Shown here in pieces: positions 1 to 7,304 of a stretch of DNA of 13,530 nt. Below the pieces are notes generated by a model, which saw only the letters and a program-made list of their open reading frames with translations, had not been told where the DNA came from and ran no database searches. Source of the DNA: Nitrospiraceae bacterium (GTDB lineage Bacteria; Nitrospirota; Nitrospiria; Nitrospirales; Nitrospiraceae); contig JBFWWG010000027.1 of assembly GCA_050246315.1 (NCBI GenBank), positions 1 through 13,530 of the forward strand, given 5' to 3'. Positions within the stretch are counted from its first letter, which is position 1; each line of letters begins with the position of its first letter. Position numbers and translations under genes: made by a program.

Positions 1-1065
1 TTTATTACCCTCTTTTAAGGGTACTACCCTCTTTCGCCATTTGGCACCTGGCCCACGGCCAAGGCATTCGATTCGCCCGGCTGCCTTCAGCTCGCGCAAC
101 AAGAGACGGATCATGTCGCGGCTCACGCCGGGACAGCGCCGTTCCACATCGGTGATGCCGAATACGCCGCCGATGGTTTCGATGGCCTGTTCGACCATGT
201 CGGTTTTGGCCCCGCGTGGACTTTTCATCCGATCGACCCGCTCTTCGAATTCCTTGCACGCCTGCCTGAGGATGTAGAGCAGAAAGTTGATCGTGGGCCA
301 AGGGTCGTGTTTGCCTTCATGCCAACGCCGGGAGCTCTGTTCGAGAACGTCGTAATACCGTTCCTTGTTGTCTTCGATCAGGCGTTCCAGGCTGATGTAG
401 CGCCCGGCTTCGATACCGCAATGGTAGCAGGCCAGCAGAAACAACAGGCGCGACACGCGGCCGTTGCCGTCGCGGAAGGGATGGATGCAGAGGAAGTCGA
501 GGTTCAACGCGGCGGCGAGCACGAGCGGGGGTACCCATCGCTCGCGCAGGCCTCGCTGCCAGAGCTCGATCGTCTCGGCCATGGCCCTCGGTGTCTCTTT
601 CGGGGATAGGGATTTGAATCGGACACGGCTGCGGCCATCGGGATAGGTCTGGATGATGTCCACGTCCTTTTCCTTGTACACCCCGGCGTCCCAGATGTGG
701 CCACGAGACAGTGTGTGGAGGGTTTTGATCGTGGCTTCGGAGATGGGCAGCTTGGCGCCTTTCTCGTGGATGAGCTTGAGCGCATCGCGATAGCCGCGGA
801 CCTCTTCTTCGTCGCGGTCGCGCAAGGCGGGCTTGCCGAAGAGGAGGGTGGCCACGCGGGACTGGTCCACCTCCACACCTTCGATGCGGTTGGACGAGAC
901 TGTGCTTTCGATGAGCGCGTGTTCGCGCAAGATCTTCAGTTTCTGCGGCGACTGACGGGTGAACAATTCCTGCTTGCCTCTGGCCTCGGCGAGATCGGTC
1001 AGATACCACGTCGTCTGGATGGGCAAGGTAGCCGGTTCAGCGGCGAGTTGGCGGAGCGTCTTCAT
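1..1065 (-). CDS. fic: Fic-domain protein (AMP transferase) with N-terminal inhibitory motif and likely C-terminal winged helix; 3' end beyond the window
   Basis: Manual translation from ATG at 1065 (MKTLRQLAAEPATLPIQTTWYL...) stays open for 355 codons to base 1, so it is absent from the ORF track. Canonical Fic motif HPFRDGNGRVSR at 483-448. (S/T)xxxE(G/N) motif SSNRIEG at 897-877. The start overlaps the res stop (ATGA). Confidence 0.93.
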   Translation of the reverse strand, partial: MKTLRQLAAEPATLPIQTTWYLTDLAEARGKQELFTRQSPQKLKILREHALIESTVSSNRIEGVEVDQSRVATLLFGKPALRDRDEEEVRGYRDALKLIHEKGAKLPISEATIKTLHTLSRGHIWDAGVYKEKDVDIIQTYPDGRSRVRFKSLSPKETPRAMAETIELWQRGLRERWVPPLVLAAALNLDFLCIHPFRDGNGRVSRLLFLLACYHCGIEAGRYISLERLIEDNKERYYDVLEQSSRRWHEGKHDPWPTINFLLYILRQACKEFEERVDRMKSPRGAKTDMVEQAIETIGGVFGITDVERRCPGVSRDMIRLLLRELKAAGRIECLGRGPGAKWRKRVVPLKEGNK

Positions 1066-3776
1066 GGCTTGTTTTTGTACTCCGTGAAGCTCGCGGCGAG
1101 CGCGGCGAAGGTGCTCGGGGTGTGCCTCTCGAAGCCTGTTTGATCCACGAAGACGAACTCGTATCGTTGCCCGTTCTGCTCGGCGGCGGTGGCATCGGCG
1201 CACCATTGCTTGAGCCGCGCCATTTTCTGCGGCAAGTCCAACTCAGCCCGCCCCTTGGTCTCCACGATCCAGACTGTGCGGTCAGTGGTCCGCACGATGA
1301 AATCCGGTGTGTAGGTGGAGAGGTCGCCGTCGGCCTTCACATAATCGAGCTTGAAGCCGATCGCGAGATAGTTCTTGGCGAAGGCCTTCACATCGTTCGC
1401 CGATTCCAGGAAGGCGGCGAACGACAGCTCGAAGCCGCCGGAATGTGGATCGCCCACCGTCTTGGTGAAAATGGATTTCTTGGCCGCGAGAGAGAGGCGA
1501 TGCTCGGTACGAAACGGACGTGTCTCACACAGGCGAATTCTGGCTTCGATGCGTGAGGTGCCGGTGTCTTGAATAGTCAGCGCGTTGATGGCGGTTTTGA
1601 ATGAGTCGTAGAGGGTCTTGGCGACATCCGGTTCAGACAGGTTGCGGAGGATCACAGGGTCTTCGAGATTCACGGGTGACCCTGCGAACAGGTGCTCGCG
1701 CATGAAGGTTTTCACTTTTCCATAGAGCACATCGTAGCCGCCGACGAGGCGCAGGTCTTTCAGCAATTGGCGGGCGAAGAAGGCCACGACTGAGCGGTAG
1801 TCGGCGGGGCCGGAGCCGTCGAGCTGGATAGTGTGATGAATTTCAGAATCAAGCATCGTCTTGAACACAATCTCTCGCGTCTCTTCCGGTGTGAACGGTT
1901 TCAGCGGGATGCGCTTATTGCCCAAGGTGGCCGGGTCGAGCGCGTCCAAGTCTTTGTAGTCACGCTGGTAGCGACGGGTGAGCTTGGGCAGTGGAATGTC
2001 CAGGTCGTCGAGATTCTTCTCCGGATTGTCAGCATCGACTTCGACAATGAGCGAGTCCTGGCGCGTGGTTCCTCCGCCCATCGGCACCCGCTCGAAGCTG
2101 ACGCCTTCGGTCTGGATGGATTCGACGAACTCCATAAAGGCAGGAGTCCCCATGACGGACACGGTCTCTTTGATGTCGGTGCCGAAATACATTCGGCGCA
2201 GTCCCCTCCCGAGGGTTTGCTCCGGGAGAATTTTGCTTTCCGCGGTATATTCCCGCAGCCCAACGATAACGGTCACGTTTCGCACGTCCCAGCCTTCTTT
2301 GAGCATGAGCACGGAGACGATGGCCTTGCACGGCGACCTCCAGGAATCTATTTCATTGGATTGCCTGCGGAGCAGGTCGAGTTCTTCCTTCTTTTTGCCG
2401 GTGGCGGCTTCGGAGATTTCGCCGTTGTTCTTCGTATGAATGACGAGGACCCCGCCTTGGAGTTCTGGACAGATCTTTTCCAAATAAGCCCCCACCTCGT
2501 CGCAGTTGCGCGTGTCGTCCACCATGACGAAGAGCACGGCCTTTTTACCCAATGGCTCGTGCTCCGCGTAGCTCTTCCTCCATTCCTCAATGCCAAGTGC
2601 CAGGTAATCGGCGTATTTCTCGGTGAACAGCGCGCTGGTGCGAATGTGGAGTTTAGCGCGGCTGCCCGCATCCGGCAGTACAGGATGCTTCACGACGTTC
2701 TGGTGGATCGCTTCGACGAGCGGATAGTCGGACACCGTTTGGACGAAAATCGCCCCGTTGTTGTGGCGTGGTGTTGCCGTGACATCGACTTGCAGGGCCA
2801 GACGGCGATCCTTTTGCAACATCTTGTGGTGAATGTCCTGAATGGATTTGAACCAGGCCATCTTCGGATCGTGAATATGGTGCGCTTCGTCGTTGAAGAC
2901 GGCCAACTCCTCGACCTCGCGGACGATTTCGCCGAGGTCGGTTTGACTGTCGGTGGTCTTGCCGGCTGGTTGTGGGCCAAACGGCGAGAGGAAGTAGTCG
3001 CGTAGGTCGTCGTCCTCCAGCGACGGGTCGGCCACATCACCAAGGAAGACGCGATGGATGTTGGTCAGGAACAGGTTGCCGGTCTCGCGAACGATGCGTA
3101 CGTCGTCTTGGATGTGCAGGGTAAGCTGGAAATCGTCTCGCCAATTGCGGCCCTCGTGACCGTTGCGGGGAAGAATCGGGTCGTTGAAGAAAATCTTGAG
3201 ACCGTCGAAGTCTGCCCGCAGCCGGTCGAGGACGATGATATTCGGCGCAATGACGAGAAAGTTGCGGGAGAGAGCAGAGTCCGTTTCGTACAACTTGTGA
3301 AAGAAACTCCAGGCGATAAGGAGAGAGAGGACTTTCGTTTTGCCCGCGCCGGTCGCCATCTTCAAGACATACCGCGGCCAGTCTTCGTCGAACATTCCGG
3401 TTGACACCGCGCGCGACGCGTCGAACCGCATCAAATCGTATTTATCACGAGCGCGTTTGACCTCGAAGAGCCAGATCACCGTCTCCACCGCCTCCCGCTG
3501 GGCGAAGTAGTAGCGGAAGGGAGAGAGCGAGCCATCGGCGTTTTCGATCAGATGTTCGGTTTCAAACCAATGACGGAGCAGGGCTGCCGAGGTGACAGAC
3601 GTTCCGGCATATCCACTGTCTCGCCACGCGAAGACTTCCTCCCGAACTTTGGCCACAAGTGGCGGTAGGAGCTTCTCGTACGCCGTGCTGCGAAGTGCTT
3701 CGTCGGCTGGGAACCAACGCTGTTCTGGAATGAGCGGCGTGTATGGCGAGGTTGGGAAGGATGGATGAAGGGCCAT
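1062..3776 (-). CDS. res: Type III restriction enzyme Res subunit (SF2 helicase/ATPase plus PD-(D/E)xK nuclease), ~904 aa
   Basis: Walker A KMATGAGKT, NDEAHH, TATP, MLKEGWDV, QTLGRGLR; C-terminal YTPDFIV...IVETKG nuclease motif. Start placed at ATG 3776 (MALHPSFP) because the track's 27-aa extension runs over a promoter-like repeat. Confidence 0.92.
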   Translation of the reverse strand: MALHPSFPTSPYTPLIPEQRWFPADEALRSTAYEKLLPPLVAKVREEVFAWRDSGYAGTSVTSAALLRHWFETEHLIENADGSLSPFRYYFAQREAVETVIWLFEVKRARDKYDLMRFDASRAVSTGMFDEDWPRYVLKMATGAGKTKVLSLLIAWSFFHKLYETDSALSRNFLVIAPNIIVLDRLRADFDGLKIFFNDPILPRNGHEGRNWRDDFQLTLHIQDDVRIVRETGNLFLTNIHRVFLGDVADPSLEDDDLRDYFLSPFGPQPAGKTTDSQTDLGEIVREVEELAVFNDEAHHIHDPKMAWFKSIQDIHHKMLQKDRRLALQVDVTATPRHNNGAIFVQTVSDYPLVEAIHQNVVKHPVLPDAGSRAKLHIRTSALFTEKYADYLALGIEEWRKSYAEHEPLGKKAVLFVMVDDTRNCDEVGAYLEKICPELQGGVLVIHTKNNGEISEAATGKKKEELDLLRRQSNEIDSWRSPCKAIVSVLMLKEGWDVRNVTVIVGLREYTAESKILPEQTLGRGLRRMYFGTDIKETVSVMGTPAFMEFVESIQTEGVSFERVPMGGGTTRQDSLIVEVDADNPEKNLDDLDIPLPKLTRRYQRDYKDLDALDPATLGNKRIPLKPFTPEETREIVFKTMLDSEIHHTIQLDGSGPADYRSVVAFFARQLLKDLRLVGGYDVLYGKVKTFMREHLFAGSPVNLEDPVILRNLSEPDVAKTLYDSFKTAINALTIQDTGTSRIEARIRLCETRPFRTEHRLSLAAKKSIFTKTVGDPHSGGFELSFAAFLESANDVKAFAKNYLAIGFKLDYVKADGDLSTYTPDFIVRTTDRTVWIVETKGRAELDLPQKMARLKQWCADATAAEQNGQRYEFVFVDQTGFERHTPSTFAALAASFTEYKNKP

Positions 3777-3786
3777 GGTGCGCGAG

Positions 3787-3815
3787 AGTCTAGCCAATTC
3801 CCCCAGGTGGGGCAA
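3787..3815 (-). promoter_or_regulatory. Putative sigma70 promoter of res (TTGCCC-17-TAGACT), near-leaderless
   Basis: Minus-strand -35 at 3815-3810 and -10 at 3792-3787, 10 nt before the ATG at 3776, with no SD in between. The same hexamers are conserved in the second repeat copy. Confidence 0.55.
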
Positions 3816-3874
3816 TGGCAATGCCGCATGCCAAGCTCTCGATGGCCGACCTGACAACCTCTGAAACCGGGTGC
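3787..3874. repeat. Diverged direct repeat, copy 1 (~88 bp; copy 2 at 4353-4442)
   Basis: Shared collinear blocks AGTCTAGCCA, GGGGCAATGG, AATGCCGC, TGACA, AAACCGGGTGC. Confidence 0.88.
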
Positions 3875-3944
3875 GTCAGGCTCGAATGGTGAAAGCCGAT
3901 AAGCAGGAGAAGGTCGTTGGTGTGAAACAGACGCCGACAGGTGC

Positions 3945-4247
3945 TTACGATCCTGCGCCTCTCGCTTCGAGGTGCAGTTCCTTCGGCGGAATTCGCGGCT
4001 CTCGTGGCGGGGGACCGCCCCAGATGAGCACGTCTGGACATAGGTCAGCGCCGTTCGGCCAAACAACCGCGCCTTCCTCTGCCCGGACTTCGCGAAACCG
4101 TGCGGGATCTTTGCGAATCGATTCGAAAACGGGCCCGACTAACAGCTCAGAAACATCTCGCTCAACCACGGAGCCGTCCGTCAGGGTCAGGCGCAGTCGA
4201 AACTGCTCGACCGGCATGGCTTGTTGTATGCGAAGCAATGACTTCAT
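3945..4247 (-). CDS. DUF2442 family protein (predicted antitoxin)
   Basis: 100 aa with the DUF2442 pattern L-x-L-x2-T-D-G...F..V....VVWPNGADLCPDVL. Lies directly downstream of a DUF4160 remnant, its usual partner. Confidence 0.85.
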   Translation of the reverse strand: MKSLLRIQQAMPVEQFRLRLTLTDGSVVERDVSELLVGPVFESIRKDPARFREVRAEEGAVVWPNGADLCPDVLIWGGPPPREPRIPPKELHLEARGAGS

Positions 4248-4256
4248 GTGTTGAGT

Positions 4257-4345
4257 TTACTCCAGGGGGGGCAATCGCTTGCAAAGTTTGTCCTGTGCGG
4301 GCTTGTTCCCAATCCTGTCGCAATTCCTCACGTCAGTTCCGGCAT
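4257..4345 (-). pseudogene. DUF4160 family toxin-like gene, internally deleted remnant
   Basis: ATG CCG GAA CTG ACG TGA (MPELT*) is fused out of frame to REELRQDWEQARTGQTLQAIAP..LE*. These resemble the N- and C-termini of DUF4160 proteins, with the core absent. A C7 run has one C more than needed for IAPLE*. Confidence 0.78.
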
Positions 4346-4352
4346 GATTCGC

Positions 4353-4442
4353 AGTCTAGCCATTCTGCCCAGAGCGGGGCAATGGGAATGCCGCCAGTCT
4401 GGTCTGCCCTGCTCCGGCTTGACAGGCCCTCAAACCGGGTGC
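4353..4442. repeat. Diverged direct repeat, copy 2 (~90 bp), carrying divergent promoters
   Basis: Same blocks as 3787-3874. Minus strand has TTGCCC(4382-4377)-18-TAGACT(4358-4353), 7 nt before ATG 4345. Confidence 0.88.
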
Positions 4443-4448
4443 TACCAC
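4419..4448 (+). promoter_or_regulatory. Putative sigma70 promoter of ubiE (TTGACA-18-TACCAC, extended -10 TG), leaderless-like
   Basis: Perfect TTGACA at 4419-4424; TG-c-TACCAC ending 4448, 7 nt before ATG 4456; no SD. Confidence 0.5.
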
Positions 4449-4455
4449 GCTTCCT

Positions 4456-5328
4456 ATGCTGAAAGTTGAAGAGCAGCGCGCTCCTGCGCAGGAGACGACT
4501 TCGCCTCCGCCGCAGACCGTCTCCCGTTGGTCGGGCGCAGCGCGGGAGCAGGCCGTGCAGCGGATGTTCACGGCCATCGCGCGCTGGTACGACCTCAACA
4601 ATACGGTCCTCAGTTTCGGGCTCCACCATCGCTGGAAGCGTCACGTGCTCGACCTGGTAATGCCACCAGAGGCCGGCGACTGCGGCGTCCGTAGCGGCAA
4701 TACATCGAGAACGCCGTTCGGCCAAGACCTCACGGCTAAAGAGGCCTCCGGCGGTGCCGAGCCGCGTTACATCTTGGACATCGGCGCCGGCACAGCCGAT
4801 CTCGCGCTCTTGATCGAATCCCGGTTGCAACCGGACGGCCGCGTCATCGCGGCCGATCTCAACCATGCCATGCTCGTGGAAGGACAGCGGAAGGTCGAAC
4901 GCAAGGGACTCCGGAGCCGAATCACCTGCATGGAGGTGAACGCCGAACACCTGAGCTTCCCGGATGGCAGTTTCGACGCCGTCACCACAGGCTTTTGCAT
5001 GAGGAACGTGGGTGACCTTCAACTGGCCTTACAAGAAATCCAGCGGGTGCTCAAGCCGGGCGGCCGGTTCGTCTGCCTGGAATTTTCCCATCCTGATCGG
5101 GCCTGGCTGCGCCGCCTCTACGATTGGTATTCGTTCACCCTGCTCCCGAAGGTCGGCACGATGGTCGCCCACGACACCACCGGGGTCTATGAGTACCTGC
5201 CGGCGTCGATCCGGACCTTTCCCGATCAGGAAACTCTGTGCGAGCGATTGCGCCAGGCCGGATTCCGTGACGTGACCTATCGGAACCTGACCGGCGGCAT
5301 CGTGGCGATCCACAGCGCGGTGAAATAA
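4456..5328 (+). CDS. ubiE: UbiE/MenG-family quinone C-methyltransferase
   Basis: VQRMFTAIARWYDLNNTVLSFGLHHRWK, SAM motif ILDIGAGTADLA, FDAVTTGFCMRNV, RVLKPGGRFVCLEFS, YEYLPASIRTFPDQ, YRNLTGGIVAIH. Confidence 0.92.
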   Translation: MLKVEEQRAPAQETTSPPPQTVSRWSGAAREQAVQRMFTAIARWYDLNNTVLSFGLHHRWKRHVLDLVMPPEAGDCGVRSGNTSRTPFGQDLTAKEASGGAEPRYILDIGAGTADLALLIESRLQPDGRVIAADLNHAMLVEGQRKVERKGLRSRITCMEVNAEHLSFPDGSFDAVTTGFCMRNVGDLQLALQEIQRVLKPGGRFVCLEFSHPDRAWLRRLYDWYSFTLLPKVGTMVAHDTTGVYEYLPASIRTFPDQETLCERLRQAGFRDVTYRNLTGGIVAIHSAVK

Positions 5329-5472
5329 CGTCAGGGGTCATTCGTCGGACGAACGCGTCATTCGTCAAACGTAGGAAGGAGACGCCAGGCCTCACCGGAC
5401 AAGGTCTACACGATTGACGCATGACGATTCTCTTTTTGTTGCGATTGACTAATGACGATTGACGGTTGACGT
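5329..5472. repeat. Inverted heptamer tandem arrays (CGTCAWT / AWTGACG)
   Basis: Left arm CGTCAGG GGTCATT CGTCGGA..CGTCATT CGTCAAA CGT (5329-5372). Right arm in reverse-complement orientation: CGATTGA CGCATGA CGATT (5411-5429) and CGATTGA CTAATGA CGATTGA CGGTTGA CGT (5442-5472). Confidence 0.8.
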
Positions 5473-5475
5473 CCT

Positions 5476-7119
5476 ATGAAATCCATTCTCTACGTTTTCC
5501 TCCCCTGCAAGCAGGTGTACCCGATCGGGATCACCTACCTGGCCGACTTCGTCCATCGCCGCCGCCCCGATGTCCGCCAGCAGATCCTTGATCTGTCGCT
5601 CTACCCGCAGGCCCAGCGGCCGGCGGTCTTGCGCGATGCGGTCTCCGCCTTTTCGCCTGACTTGGTGGCCTTCTCCTGGCGCGACATTCAGATCTTCTCG
5701 CCCCATGAAGGCGACGCCTCGTTGGAACATGCGTTCAATTTTTATTTCGCGAGCAACCCGCTCAAGCGAGTCGCGGCCTCGTTCCAAGGATTGAAGCAAC
5801 TGTACCGGTACTATTCGGACATCCGAGCCAATCTGTCGTACCCCTGGCTGATCCGGAAGGAGTTCCCCCAGGCCAAGATCATGATCGGCGGCGGCGCCTT
5901 CACCGCCTTTGCCGATCAATTGATGGAAAAGCTCCCCGAAGGCGTGCTCGGGATTCTCGGCGAAGGGGAGGACGCGCTGATCAAGGTCATCGACGGGCAA
6001 CCACTCGACGGGGAGCGCTACATCCTGCGCGAGGGAAAGCGGATCATCAAAGGCGAGCAACGCTCCACGGTGTTGCTCGACACCCAGACTGTCGATCTCC
6101 CGTACCTGACCTCCATCTTCCCGCAGCACCGCGCCTACCTCGACGAATCGATCGGCGTTCAAAGCAAGCGGGGTTGCCCCTACGACTGCGCTTTCTGTCT
6201 TTATCCGTATATCGAAGGGAAGCGGGTGCGGTACCGGCCTGCGGCCATGGTCGTCCAGGATATCGCCCAGCATTACCATCAATGGGGCGCCCGCCGGTTC
6301 TGGTTCACCGACGCGCAGTTCATCACCGGCAAGGAAGCCTACCCTCAATGTACGGAGATCCTGGAACGGATTCTGGCCGAAAAGCTGGAGATTCAATGGT
6401 CCGGCTACATCCGGACCTCGCTCATCACACCGGAGCTGGCTAAGTTGATGGTCCGGTCCGGCGTCGGAGATTTGGAGGTCGCAATCACCTCTGGCTCCCA
6501 GGAGGTGCTCAACAATCTCCACATGGGGTTCAAGCTGGAACGGCTCTACGACGGTTGCCGCTATCTGGCGGAGGCCGGCTTTCGGGGCAAGGTGATCCTG
6601 AATTATTCGCTGAACTCGCCGAAAGAAACGGAGGAGACGCTGCTCCAGAGTGTGGAGGCCTATAAGAAGGTGGCGTCGATTCTGGGAGAAGACCGAGTCT
6701 TCCCCCTGATGTTCTTCCTCGGCATCCAGCCGAACACGGACTTGGAACACCGCCTCCTGGAAGAAGGCTATCTGTCGAGCGGCTACAATCCGCTGATGCT
6801 GACCCCGACCAGCATCAGGAAGCTGCTCTACAACCCGGCGCCGCTGAACAAGATTATCGCCAAGGCCTGCCTCGCCGCCTGGGAAAAGAAACATGGGAGC
6901 CGCGATCCCCGCCCCTGGACCGGCTCACTGTCGCAATCGCACGCGACCAACAGCGCCGCCCCACAGAAGGGCTATGCGGACGGGAGCTTGATCCGCGGGG
7001 TCGAAGGGAACTCCGGGCGCGAAGCGCTGCTCACACTCGAAGAGATCCTACGGACGCGCAAGCCTTCCGGTTCCTCGTCCACGCCGCAGCCACGACCCGC
7101 CGCCACCTCCGCCCCCTGA
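5476..7119 (+). CDS. Cobalamin-binding radical SAM protein (class B methyltransferase type; resembles the cyanobacterial Slr0320-like family)
   Basis: N-terminal B12-binding-like domain (YPIGITYLA...PDLVAFSWRD...IMIGGGA...GEGE) and CxxxCxxC motif RGCPYDCAFC, followed by WFTDAQF and WSGYIR. Confidence 0.88.
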   Translation: MKSILYVFLPCKQVYPIGITYLADFVHRRRPDVRQQILDLSLYPQAQRPAVLRDAVSAFSPDLVAFSWRDIQIFSPHEGDASLEHAFNFYFASNPLKRVAASFQGLKQLYRYYSDIRANLSYPWLIRKEFPQAKIMIGGGAFTAFADQLMEKLPEGVLGILGEGEDALIKVIDGQPLDGERYILREGKRIIKGEQRSTVLLDTQTVDLPYLTSIFPQHRAYLDESIGVQSKRGCPYDCAFCLYPYIEGKRVRYRPAAMVVQDIAQHYHQWGARRFWFTDAQFITGKEAYPQCTEILERILAEKLEIQWSGYIRTSLITPELAKLMVRSGVGDLEVAITSGSQEVLNNLHMGFKLERLYDGCRYLAEAGFRGKVILNYSLNSPKETEETLLQSVEAYKKVASILGEDRVFPLMFFLGIQPNTDLEHRLLEEGYLSSGYNPLMLTPTSIRKLLYNPAPLNKIIAKACLAAWEKKHGSRDPRPWTGSLSQSHATNSAAPQKGYADGSLIRGVEGNSGREALLTLEEILRTRKPSGSSSTPQPRPAATSAP

Positions 7120-7174
7120 ATTCACCTGCCGACGGAGATCGGGCTCGGCTTCTGCCATCGCCTATCCCATTGGC

Positions 7175-7204
7175 TTGCAATCCATTTTCGGCCGGTGTTA
7201 TCAT
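7175..7204 (+). promoter_or_regulatory. Putative sigma70 promoter of the USP-fusion operon (TTGCAA-18-TATCAT, extended -10)
   Basis: TTGCAA 7175-7180; TG-t-TATCAT ending 7204; SD AGGAGG upstream of ATG 7305. Confidence 0.55.
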
Positions 7205-7235
7205 CCGTTTTCTTTCGGTAGGCTGACCCTCGTCT

Positions 7236-7265
7236 AATCGCTTGGAATTCAAGCGATTCTTTCTC
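7236..7265 (+). promoter_or_regulatory. Perfect 9-bp inverted repeat with T-rich tail (operator, terminator or attenuator)
   Basis: AATCGCTTG-GAATT-CAAGCGATT followed by CTTTTCT. Confidence 0.5.
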
Positions 7266-7304
7266 GTGGGCAGGGTGTGATGTGACGCCTGTAGGAGGCT
7301 GCTG

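Noticed and set aside
41..1143. Track ORFs 41..277, 307..609, 317..1009, 504..878, 697..1143
   Set aside because: Shadow or alternative frames of the Fic gene, which has the recognisable motifs.
1833..3005. 390-aa plus-strand ORF
   Set aside because: Antisense shadow of res, typical of GC-rich codon bias; no motifs.
3777..3857. 27-aa N-terminal extension of Res
   Set aside because: Overlaps the duplicated promoter element; ATG 3776 is the better start.
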